A stretch of 64,000 bases of DNA, taken from contig OZ218963.1 of the NCBI GenBank assembly GCA_965112735.1, positions 1,798,001 through 1,862,000 of the forward strand, given 5' to 3'. Positions 11,778 through 24,594 of this stretch are shown here, piece by piece. This DNA comes from Phaeosaccion multiseriatum (Eukaryota > Protista > Ochrophyta, other classes). The notes under the pieces are model-generated. The model made no database searches. It saw only the letters and a list, made by a program, of their open reading frames with translations, and was not told the DNA's origin. Each line of letters opens with the position of its first letter. Position 1 is the stretch's first letter. The position numbers and the translations under genes are program-made.

Positions 11778-14700
11778 ATGCCATCCTTCCGCGTAGAGCC
11801 ACCGACAGTGTCTCAATCAGCGGCTGTCCCAGGAGCACGCGCGGGGGATGAAGGACCGAGGGAAGGAGGGACAGCGAACCCAGGGGCGGAGGAGATAGTG
11901 GGCAGCTTCGGGGAAGGAGGGCAGACGGTAGCATCGCAAGAGTCCAATCTGAGTGAACTCCAACCCCTTGCTCCAGCGCGGGCCACAGAAACCGTACCTA
12001 CAGCAAGAGAGGATAGGGCATCAGTGGCAGCTTCAGGCTCAGCAGAAGGCGAGGCACAGACCGCCCCAGCATCTCCTGCGGGCGAGGCTTCCACCCCGAC
12101 CTCGAATGTAGAAAGCACGTTGCCCGGAGAGGTGGCGGGCGGTGAGTCAAGCGAAATCGCACAAACGCTGACCATTGATAGAGCTTGGCTGGAGAGGAGG
12201 AGGCAAAAAGCACCGCTCTCCCTCGCGAAGGTAAACGACGGCCCACCCAAACACTCTTGCTTCTTGGTTCGCACCGCCCCCTATCTCTCACCTGTCGCCA
12301 CGCTTTTCTATCGGACACTTATCGCTTGATCAGCAGATGCAAGGTCTGCTGATGTCCCTGTTGCCTTCCCCAACTCTCTCGAAAGCAACTCCTCGCCACA
12401 CTGCCCTTCACTCCCTCACCTCCTACCCCTGGTCGGTGACACGTGTTGCCTCTCTCTTCCACAGGTGACCATGGCAGCAACCGGATTGACCGTGCATTCC
12501 GCGCCGAGGCTTGCAACCCTCGCTGCCCAGGCGAGGAAGGAACATGCCGCTGAGCCGTCTGCTGGTGATGCTCATGCTGTCGCCACTGCTGCCGCCGCTG
12601 CTGCTGCCGCCGCTGATTCTTCGCTGTCCGCGCATACCTCAGCCCAAATAGACATAGCACAAGCAGCAAGAGTCAAAGGAGGAGGTGTGGGAGGAGTAGG
12701 GAAGGCAGGAGATGACGACGTACGAGAAGGCGTGGATCTGAATGCCTCAGCTGAGGCGGGGGAAATTCGCAGGGCCTCCTGGCGGAGATCAAGTGCTAGC
12801 AGAACAGGGGCCCTGAAACAATTAGGGAAGGAGGGGGGTGTGAGAAGGGAGGAGAGTGTCGTCGGAGTGGCAGGGGCCAATTTGCTTGTTGTAGGGCTTT
12901 CGTCTGCAGTTCAATTGTTGCGAGCGGCAGGCAAAGCACACAAGAGAAAAACACGGAAGGTAAGACAATTGATGGAGGAAAGAAGCATTCAGCAACGCAC
13001 TCTTTGCTCATGCAGAGATCGCACCCTCACAGGGATGTGAGGTAGTATGGGGTGGCACCGGATAGAGGGGAGGTCGTGCAGTTGGCAGAGAAGAGGCACA
13101 CTCCTGAGAGCCCCGTGAAGGTCTTCACATTCGCACTTTGGCTGAACCTCAAAGGAAAGGCCTTCCTTCGTGCCGTACCAGAGGCTCAAGACTTCTTGTT
13201 GTCTTCGCTCTGGTTTCACCTCGGAATCGCAGGTGTCGGATGAATGTCTTTGTGACGAGGAGGACGGGAAGGGGGGTCGAAGGCAGCCCATCGAGACGGG
13301 AAATGTTGCAACCAGTGGAGCAGGTATGCGGGAAAGTGTGTCCAGCGGGGAAGAGGATGGGTATCTAGGCACACATACGAGCTTTGTGGTCTCTTCGACA
13401 TATACCGTAGTCCACCGTGTGCTTCGATCTAAGTCGCCCTCCTGTCCTTTCCTACGGCCCCTTTGCAACGCGGACACCGAAATCTCGACACGGCACCGTG
13501 TGACACGCGCTTGCCCGCATACACACAACACGCGCACACACGCGCACACACGCACACACACACACACACCAGCCGTTGAGGACCTGTACAGAAGTAGCCG
13601 AACCGTGCGTCACGCGTTGGCCGCTTTGACGGTCTACATCGCCACCGGCCTGGTGATATACATGAACGTAGAAGGGTGGAGCGCGATAGATTGCATGTAC
13701 TTCTCCATGGCTACCATCACCACTGTGGGCTATGGAGACGTTGCCCCCAAAACCGCGGCGGGGAAGGTGCTGACCATCTTCTATGCCATGGAAGGGCTCG
13801 GCATGCTACTCGAGCTCATCAGCATGATGGGAAGGTAAGACTGAGCAAGAGAGCAAGAGCAACAATGTTGACATCCTGAACTGTTGGCGGTGCTTTGCCG
13901 CTTCTATGCTCTGCATGCGGCTTGTCCTCTGCCGCCAAAAGCAAAGAGGGTGTAGCCCCTTCCTCTCTATCTCTCTTTCTCTTTTGCCTTCTTCTCATGT
14001 ACCCCCCCCAACATCTCTCATTTCTCCCCTCCCCTTCTCTCTCTCCTCCAGATACATGATCGACACCTTCTTATCGCAGCACCACATGTCGAGCCAATCG
14101 CCACCCCAGTCGTCCACCTCTTTGGGAGGTCTGGGTAGGAGCTTGGCGCACCCGCACCTCCTCTACTACTGGGAGAAGATTCCATCTCGGCTGAGGACGC
14201 TGCTTCTTTCGCGGTGCATCATGTGGATGGCCCTGTCGATAGGGTAAGCACACGGCGGGAAAGCAAGAGGCAGGGCCTACCTGAAAAGGAGGAGGAGGGA
14301 AGGGGGGTTTGGAGTGAGGCACGGTATCACCAGACAGGTCACTTCTCCCCTTTCTCAAGCGAACTCTCCACTCCTCCAGCGCGAGATTCAGGCGTGCTTG
14401 ACAGCGTTGGTCAATCGCCTTTGCTATAGGAGAATGGGTTGATGTATTCGCTCCTTCTCTTGCTCCTTCCTAGTGTGTCGCTTCACTAACCTACTCAACC
14501 TACCCCCCCCCCTCCCCTCCCTTCCCCTCTCGCCTCCTCCTCCTCCTCCTCCTCCTCCTCCTCCTCCTCCTCCTCCTCCTCCTCCTCCTCCTCCTCCTCC
14601 TCCTCCTCCTCCTCCTCCTCCTCCTCCTCCTCCTCCTCCTCCTCCTCCTCCTCCTCCTCCTCCTCCTCCTCCTCCTCCTCCTCCTCCTCCTCCTCCTCCT

Positions 14701-16120
14701 CCTCCTCCTCCTCCTCCTCCTCCTCCTCCTCCTCCTCCTCCTCCTCCTCCTCCTCCTCCTCCTCCTCCTCCTCCTCCTCCTCCTCCTCCTCCTCCTCCTC
14801 CTCCTCCTCCTCCTCCTCCTCCTCCTCCTCCTCCTCCTCCTCCTCCTCCTCCTCCTCCTCCTCCTCCTCCTCCTCCTCCTCCTCCTCCTCCTCCTCCTCC
14901 TCCTGCTCCTCCTCCTCCTGCTCCTCCTCCCTCTTCTAAACCCTCGAACCAACCCTCGCGCTATGTCCTTTGCCTCGTCATGCCCTTCCAGCATGCTCTT
15001 CTACGGCTCCCTGGAAGCGGAGAACTTGAGCTACTTTAACGCGCTTTACATGAGTGCCATGACCATCACCAGCGTCGGTTACGGAGACTTCTCGGTAGGT
15101 GGTTTGGTATGTGGGTACACCCTTGCTAGAACGAAGCTACGGAAGGGAGGAGGGATTGGCAAGCGCGTTCGAGCCTTCCTCCTTCCCTCCCAACCATGGC
15201 ACTTCATGCCCACGTGCGCATAACCTTTGTTTGGCGTTGCCCTCCACGAGAGCAGCGTTCAGTTGCGCCCACTCATCTTCTCGCTCCGGGAGGATAGATG
15301 GAGTAGGAGCCTTTTTTGGTTTCTTGAGGAGGGATATTTGTTTTCTCCCCGTATGCCTCATCACCCGCTCCCCCACCCCCGACGAATTGCTTGCTTTTCC
15401 CGTCCCCGCCCACACACACGTACCCCCAGCCCAAGACCCAGACGGGCAGGGCTTTCGCCATTGTGTGGCTGCCGTTGAGCTGCATGATGGCTGGGTACGC
15501 GCTCTCCATGGTCGTCAAGACCTTCATCCGAGAGAGCCAGGAGACCATCCGTTATCAAGTGCTCAAGCAGAGGCTCACTTCCGATGAGATGGCAGGTACG
15601 TGTTGCTCCGTGTACAAAGGAGGAGGGGGGCGGGTGGGTCGGTGAAGGGCGCGCTCGCTACACAGTAGAGTAGAGCCTTGATTGTTGGCGCGGAAGTGTT
15701 CCTGCCCATCTATCTGCCGAAAAGTATTGTGGGCGACGGCTGGTGTCGAGACAACTAGCTATTCTTGATTCCTGCGTTGTGCCGAGGAGGTACGCCAACA
15801 CGCATTCGCTCACCCCCTTTGCCTTCCTACCCCTGCCCCCCCCCTCCGCTCCTTCTCCTGTACGTCCCACTACTCTCTGCTGTCGGTATCGGCCATGTGT
15901 TTGAAAACTGGACCAAATGGAATGGGATGGTGCATACAACACGAAAATTACAGACGTGGACGATGATCAGGACGGCATAATCACACAGTCCGAGTACATA
16001 CTGTACAAGATAGAGAAGATGGGTCTGGTGCCGCCCGATGAGATTAACCGCATTGCCATGGAGTTTTTCGCCTTTGAGAAGCACAGTCTGGCTATTGCGG
16101 AGTATCAGGCTAGTAGCTAA
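11778..16120 (+). CDS. Two-pore (TPK/K2P-like) potassium channel with C-terminal EF-hand; 5' exon structure uncertain
   Basis: Pore 1 YFSMATITTVGYGDVAPKT (~13698-13755), pore 2 LYMSAMTITSVGYGDFS-PKT (~15045-15440), EF-hand DVDDDQDGIITQSEY followed by ILYKIEKMG. Confidence 0.85.
14532..14930 (+). repeat. (CCT)n microsatellite (>100 units) in a K+ channel intron
   Basis: Directly visible, shortly upstream of the acceptor at ~14991. Confidence 0.95.
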
Positions 16121-16684
16121 TAGCAGAGGGTTAGAAAAAGAGAGATAGGAAACGTCCAGAACCGTTCGAACACACACACGCACACGCACACACACACACA
16201 CGGTGGCATGTGCGTAGACACACATATGCCTCTTCACGGCAGCAACGCCATATTCGTCACTGTGGCTGCCTCCGAGAGGGGGCGTGTTGGGGCGTTACGA
16301 ACGGGACGGGAGACGAGTAAGTAGCAAGAGGAGCAGACAGGGAGGGGATGGAAGACAAGCGCAAGGCAGAATGGCGAGAGATCAATCGCCACAGACTTTT
16401 GAGGACGACGCCCCAGAGGGAGGCGGTTACGGAGGGAGACGGTTACAGTATGTACGTGTCATTCCCATGCGGGCGCGCCGGTGAAGGCAGACACACACAC
16501 ACATACATGCGAGCAAGTAGGAGGAGAAATCGAAACCCCAATGCACACAGGGGGGCGGAGCGCTCTCGGCCAGTCACAAGAGAAATAGAAAAGTCATGTA
16601 AAAACTGAAACTAATGTATTGCGCCCCCCATAAGATTAGGTACGTACGACTGAGCACTCGCGATTGCGACCCCCCCCCTCCCCT

Positions 16685-19174
16685 TCAGCCAGCTCCTGAC
16701 AGCGAAGGCTGTGGGGGCAATGGCAGGGACAGTGAAACCACCCGCCCCGCCCCCAACCCCCCGCATTGCTCGTCCTCCTGTCGCGGTTTGCTCTTGCCAG
16801 GACCAGTGCTTGTAGCTACCCCTCCCCTTCCGCCCGACAACAATGTGAGCTCTCGACGCATTTGACTCATTTGTAACCGATACCGCTTGTCTTGCTCCTC
16901 GTTCTGCTGGCGTGCACGACGTTCGGCCTCTAGCGCTCTCGCCAAGGCCCTTTCACTCACGCTCAGCACTCGCTCAAGCTTGCGGTTCTGATGAGCGGCC
17001 TTCTTGAGCTCGCCTGTAGAGGAGGAGAGGAAAGGGATCGGCGGTGAGGGCGCGGGTGCGGGGGCGGGGTCCAGTATAGGGGGAGAGCAAAAACAACACA
17101 GCGAAATGCATCGATCGGTGTAGCGCGGTGACTCTCTCTTGGGGGGGAAAGAACAAGATTAGGAACGGAAGGGAGGAGTGATCATATAAACTATGCTCTC
17201 TGTAAGACCAGAGCCCACTCAGAGGGGCGGGGCAGGAAGAAAAGGAAGGAGTGGACAGGGCATCATGAAAACTGCAGTCCCCTCCCGGGCTCTATCTCTG
17301 TGGTAGAATATAACAGGCAAGTTCCAAGCCTCGCGGCGGGAACATAAAAGCAAGAGGAGCTGTGGCTGTTACACAAGGGCTCAGGGCTGAGTACCGTCAC
17401 ACCTAATATGATACGTACCACCGCCCCTAAACACCACTCAATCAGCCGCACACACAGTACGGAGGCAGCGTTGGAGCCATGACGGGCCAGGAGCAACTCA
17501 TCGCACCGACGCGCGCCTTGTCCTCTTGTATCTCCCCCTTCCTTCCTTCCTTCCTTCCTTACCTTGCAACAGCTTGATGGTTTCATCTCTGTCCTGCGAC
17601 CCTCTCCCCGCCTCCTCGTGTTGCTCCGAGGCACCACCGCCGTCTGAGTGGGCAAAGGAAGGGCAGCGGAAACACACTTCCACATTACTACACGAGAGAG
17701 AGACGGAAGAACAATCAAGTAAAGGCATTGTTCGTCTCTCTCTCTCTCACTGGTGGGGAACGAAATAAGTCCATTCTTTCAGAGGGTGGCACAGCAGATG
17801 AGTACTGTGGACTGTGGGGTTGTGGTGTCGACATCCCTGCTCTGAAGTGGAAACTACTGTTCTGCTTACCCTCCTTGTGGGACGTGCCGTACCCCACACA
17901 CTCATTGTCTTACTCACCTGATGCACGAGCAGTTGCGCGGGGTAGAGGGGATTTCCTATGACTCCTGCCGCTGCCGTTGACCCATGCAACGCTGCTACTG
18001 CCGCTGCTGCGGCTACTACTGCCTCCCTCTGCACCCAGGGCACGCTCCGCGGTAAGGGCCTTCGGTGGTGTGTGTGTGTACGAAAAGAGAATAGAGCAAA
18101 GGGAAACGGCAAGAGAGAGGGAAAGTAAGGAGAGGGAAAGTAAGGGATGAGAAGAAGGGTTGGTTCGGCACCGTACTCGGCGCCTGCCAAGACGGTCCTT
18201 TGGAGAACGAATCAATTGAAACTCAAAACAGAAAAAACAGCCCTCAACTCGCGACCGAACCTGAATCGTGCCGAGAAAGGCGTCTTCCTTCCTCTTCCAT
18301 GCCTCTTCGAGGGCTTTGATGTGCTGCGCGTGGCTCTTCTTCAACAGCATATGGGACTCCGCCGTTCTGCGCATGTGCACAGGGTAGAGAGAATGAGGGA
18401 ATAGACGGGTGGCAGGGAGGGGGGGCAAGAGGAGTGGGGGAGAATGGAGGAGGAAGGAGCTTCTCACATCAGAAATGTGTTGAGCAGCCGGGGGAGGGGG
18501 GGGCGAGCGAGAGAGAGAAAGGGGAACCGCCGAATGCGTATTGGACAGGGCACATGCTCCACTTCAATCCTCTTCCTCTCTGCTCCTTCACCCGGCCTCC
18601 TCTGCAACAGTCCAAGTCAATACTACGACACGTGTATAAGTCGTCGTATGTATGGGATGGGTGCTTCTTGCTTTCCTTCCTTTTCCCCTCTCTTCCATCC
18701 AACATAAGATAACTTGCCTCTCCTTCAAGCGCTGAAGCCTGGTCTGTAGCAGCTGCACCTCCTCGGCTCGATGGATCGCTTCAGCGGCATAGCGCCTTTG
18801 GACCAGCGTCCGCATCTTCGGCATTTCCATCGGGTGAGGGTGGGTGTAGGAATGCAGGACATGGGGGGGGTGGGTGGGTAGCGTTGTAGGGTAGGAAGAC
18901 AGCGAATGACTCTGGTGGGCGCGCAAGGGGGTCAGGGTGGTGATGTATGATGAAGACTTGAGAGAGCTCACCTTCTCCCAAGAAGTTTCCTTCTTTGTGG
19001 GCATAGCGGGCGGACTAGCCGTTGCTGTTGCTGCTACTACAGAGGGCGCCGAGGGAGGAGAGGGGATCGGTGGTAAAGGTGCCTCTCTTGGCTTCTCGGC
19101 ACGCTGTACGACAACCGCCACCGCTTCCTCGCGGCTCTCCGCCTTCATCTCGCCAGCTGCATGTGTCTCTCCTG

Positions 19175-19212
<38 letters not shown>

Positions 19213-20117
19213 TCTGTCTCTGTTTTTCTCTCTACTGCGGTCGCTTCTGCTGCTGCTGCTGCTGGTGCTGCCGCCGCCGCCGTTGTTTCCTCAGCTGTGG
19301 CCACATCTCTCGCAGCCTTCAGCGCGGCTGCGACATTAGCCTCACTACCAGGATTGTCCATCGGGTTCGCTCTCTTAGTTAGAGCAAGGTAGTCCACCGG
19401 AGGGAAGCTCATCCCAGCCCCTGGGGTGGACGCAGCAGCAGCAGCACCACCGAGCTGCTGACCCGGTGTAAAAGGGGTTGCTTCTTTCCATACAGATGCT
19501 GCTGCTACCCGTGAGCTCGATTCCTGTTTTACAGAGTGCATGGGTTGGTGGCCTTCAACAGTGGGTACAAGGCTATCACTCGGACAAGCTAAAAGTTTGG
19601 ATCCACTCACCGCACATGCTTCTTCTTCTTCTTCTTCTTCTTCTTCTTCTTCTTCTTCTTCTTCTCCTCCTCCTCCTCCTCCTCCTCCTCCTCCTCCTCC
19701 TCCTCCTCCTCCTCCTCCCCCTCCTCCTCCTCCTCCTCCTCCTCCTCGTGGTGGTGGTGCAACATGCTCTGCATTCGGAATGTGGGGATTCGCTTTCGCC
19801 GCCGTGGCAGTCGCGATTTGGGTGATCCAATCCAGACCTTGAGGAATCACGAGGCAGGAAGGAGAGGTGAGAGAGTCAGAGATCAAGAGAAGTTGGAAAG
19901 GGAGAAGAGAGGAGGCGCGAGGGAGAGAGAAGAGGGAACACAAAAAGAACGGGAGAGAGGAGCTTGAGGGGGGGGAAGGGGGGAGAGGAGAGAGGAGGGG
20001 GGAGTAGAGGAGGGTGAGAGGAGGAGCGTAAGAGGGGAGGAGGGGGAGGAGAGAGCAGAGAGTCAGGGGGAAGGGTGACAGAGAGGGGAGACAGGGGAAA
20101 AGGAGGGGGAGGGAGCA

Positions 20118-20162
<45 letters not shown>

Positions 20163-20412
20163 GAAGAGGGAAGGGAGAGGGAGAGGAGGGAGAGAGGGAG
20201 AGAGGAGAGAGAGGAGAGAGAGAAGACACACATTCACGCACACACACATAGAGAGAGAGAGAGAGGGGGGGGGGGGGGGGGAAGAGACAGAGAGAGACAG
20301 ACGGACGGAGAGAGGCAGAGGAGGAAAGAGAGAGAGAGAGGGAGAGGAGGGAGAGAGGGAGAGAGGAGAGAGAGGAGAGAGAAAAGACACACATTCACAC
20401 ACACACACACAC

Positions 20413-20473
<61 letters not shown>

Positions 20474-20659
20474 AGAGACAGAGAGAGACAGACAGACAGA
20501 GAGAGGCAGAGGAGGAAAGAGAGAGATAGATGTTGAGGAGAGAAGAGGGAGACAGAGGAGAGAGAGGGCTCAGCATATAAGCATATAGTATAGCATAAAT
20601 ATTAACATACCTGTCATCCTGCTTTCTGATATGATATGTGCGTTTTGTCTGTCTTCGCA
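16685..20659 (-). CDS. Multi-exon low-complexity/coiled-coil protein, function unknown; start uncertain (20659 or 20726)
   Basis: Exons chain in frame: GLDWITQIAT...KKETSWEK, MPKMRTLVQRRYAAEAIHRAEEVQLLQTRLQRLKE, RTAESHMLLKK...GTIQ, ...ERALARALEAERRARQQ...*. Includes a GC-AG intron at 18717-18367. Confidence 0.55.
19860..20570 (+). repeat. (GA)n/(CA)n purine-rich intronic low-complexity tract with internal duplication
   Basis: Long AG runs; the unit agacacacattcac..cacatagagagag occurs twice (~20225 and ~20385). Confidence 0.9.
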
Positions 20660-20690
20660 TCGTCTTCGCCAGTTGGAGGTGGGGCCATGA

Positions 20691-22220
<1,530 letters not shown>

Positions 22221-22647
22221 AGGCAAAGTAAAGCAAAGCAAAGCAGAGAAAAAGGAGAAAGAAGAAACGGTTGCGCCAAGGGGGCACGCTGCTACTACTA
22301 GTCCAACGTCGGCGTTGAGAGTACGATTTGGTAACGGTCTCTACTTGTCCACGGATATCCACCAATCGACTCGCCCCGCGCTCTTCCCTCTTCCGACTGA
22401 TCCACTTTCCATGAGCGGAGCAGCAATACAATGTAGTACATCTCTTTGTTTTCTTCCTTCCTCAACTCAACACACAGAAGCGCTTTAATTTTTAATTTTT
22501 AATAAAAAATTAGAGTTAAATTTAATTACAAGCAAGATGGTGGAAACCTACATGTTCTACCGCAAAGGAGGGATGAAACGGGCGGTTAGGCGCAGACAAG
22601 TGTCGACGACGCGCGGCCCCCATGCTGCGTCCAAAGCCCAAGGCGTA

Positions 22648-24465
22648 CTATAGGGACATGACCAGCCGTCGGACATCCTCTCGCACAGCTAGTCCAGCGG
22701 ACCTGCCAGAAGAGGCACCCACTACTGTCGCCCCCCACACTCGGAAGAGAGCGTCTCTGGCGAACCACGCGCTGCCAGACCACGTAGCAGCCGCTTCATC
22801 TGCTCGATCCGCTGTCTCCATTGGCACAGGCGAAACGTCTCCAAAAAGAATCTCCTGGACAGACTCAGACTCGTGCTCGTGGTGTGGCGCATCGCTGACG
22901 AGCTCGTGCTCCTCGCCGAAAGCCAAGTTCTCGGGCTCCATGCCCACAAAGCCCAGAGTCCTCATTTCTGACAGCAGAGCCTGCGCCCGCTCCTCGTTTG
23001 CGCGCCGCCCTGCCGTTGTCGCCGTTCGTTCCCCTGCCGCTGCCGTAGCGCCTGGTGCTGCCCTCCCCAAGGGACGACAAGCCGCAATTGCGGAGGAGTA
23101 GCAGAGCCGCACGTCGTCGTTGTCGCTGCTCCCGGTACCACCGTGCCCAGTCATAAAGTCACGCAGCAAGGCAATTGCCTTTACACCGTCCCCAGCACTA
23201 CCCCAGGCTTCGATGACTGCGCTATAGCACTTGCCGCAGATGGTTAGCTCCACCTTTGCCATTTCTTCCAGCAGTTGGCTGCCCCGGTGCGGCTGACCAG
23301 CCTTCCGGCACGCATCAGTCGCGCAAATGTAGGTGCTGGCGTCGGCCTTGCCACCCTTCTCCTGCATCTCTACGAGGAGGGCCAAGCACCGGTCATACTC
23401 ACCAGCCTCTAAACACGCCCTCATTGCCGCATTGTAGCAGGGGGTGTTGACCCCGCCCTCCGTTGTCCCTTCCAGCTCGCACAGGAGACTGAGGGCCTTT
23501 TGGTAGTCTCCCACAACCGCACATGCGCCCATCACGGAGCCGTACACGTACTCATTTGGAACCAATCCCACCTTGCCCACTTCGTCAAACAAATCCAAAG
23601 CCTTTTGAAGCTCTCCTGCGCGGCCTACGGCGTTTATAGCGGAGCAGTAGATCCTCAAATCGGGTTTAATGCCCTTCCCAGGCATCTCTCGCATCAAGCC
23701 CACCGCCCTCTGCCACTCGCCCGCGGCTCCACAGGCATTTATGGCAGCAGAATAGCACACCACATTGGCGCCTATACCCTGTCGGTCCATCTCACGCAAC
23801 ATGGTCAGGGCCTGGTCTGGATCAGGGTTCTCTCCCTGGCCACAAGCGTGAATCGCTGAGCTGTACGTGTAGCAGTCGGGCTCCAGACCTGCCGCTTGCA
23901 TCTCGGCCACCAGCTCCAGTGCCTTCTCTGTCTGCCCCGCGTTTCCACACGCTGTGATGATCGCATTATACGTCACCACAGTCGGTGTTAAGCCCGTCTC
24001 TCGCATTTCGGCCAGGAGCGCCAACGCCCCCTGCCACCTCCTGCAGCGGCCCACAGCGGTAATGGAACCATTGTAGATAAAGACATTGAGAGGAAGCCCG
24101 TCCTGCTTGGCTTCCGACAGCGCCCTGGCTACCTTCCTCCACGGTTCGGTCGAGGGGCATGCATGGCCCAGGTACTTGATGCGCCGCAAGAGAGCCTTTT
24201 GCCTGGCCCATATCTCCCTGCCATTCCCCTCGGCAGCTGCTGCAGCAGCAGCCGCAGCCGCAGTAGGACGGCGACGACTACGAGGAGGACCAGGAGAAGG
24301 AGTAGAAGTTCTGGTGGTAGGAGGAGGAGGCGACTTGGGGCCAGGTCGTGGATGAGGGGGGCGAGAGTTTAGCCCTCCGGCGCCGTACAGTCTACATGGC
24401 GGTCGAGCCCAGGCGATAGAGGCCTTTCTGCGACGCTGGGCCCCGGCTATGGCGAACCGACGCAT
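22648..24465 (-). CDS. P-class pentatricopeptide repeat protein (single exon, ~9-10 repeats), probably organellar
   Basis: 35-aa repeats such as VVTYNAIITACGNAGQTEKALELVAEMQAAGLEPD and VVCYSAAINACGAAGEWQRAVGLMREM. Arg-rich N-terminus. Confidence 0.92.
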   Translation of the reverse strand: MRRFAIAGAQRRRKASIAWARPPCRLYGAGGLNSRPPHPRPGPKSPPPPTTRTSTPSPGPPRSRRRPTAAAAAAAAAAEGNGREIWARQKALLRRIKYLGHACPSTEPWRKVARALSEAKQDGLPLNVFIYNGSITAVGRCRRWQGALALLAEMRETGLTPTVVTYNAIITACGNAGQTEKALELVAEMQAAGLEPDCYTYSSAIHACGQGENPDPDQALTMLREMDRQGIGANVVCYSAAINACGAAGEWQRAVGLMREMPGKGIKPDLRIYCSAINAVGRAGELQKALDLFDEVGKVGLVPNEYVYGSVMGACAVVGDYQKALSLLCELEGTTEGGVNTPCYNAAMRACLEAGEYDRCLALLVEMQEKGGKADASTYICATDACRKAGQPHRGSQLLEEMAKVELTICGKCYSAVIEAWGSAGDGVKAIALLRDFMTGHGGTGSSDNDDVRLCYSSAIAACRPLGRAAPGATAAAGERTATTAGRRANEERAQALLSEMRTLGFVGMEPENLAFGEEHELVSDAPHHEHESESVQEILFGDVSPVPMETADRADEAAATWSGSAWFARDALFRVWGATVVGASSGRSAGLAVREDVRRLVMSL

Positions 24466-24594
24466 CTCAATTCGCTCGGGTTTTGTCTTCTCAGACTCTT
24501 CTTTCTTTCTCCCCTGCCCGCGATGGCCCCCACTGACTTATACTAGGACGGAAATGTGCCCTCCCACTTCTCCTTTTCCTCTTTGCTCTCATCC

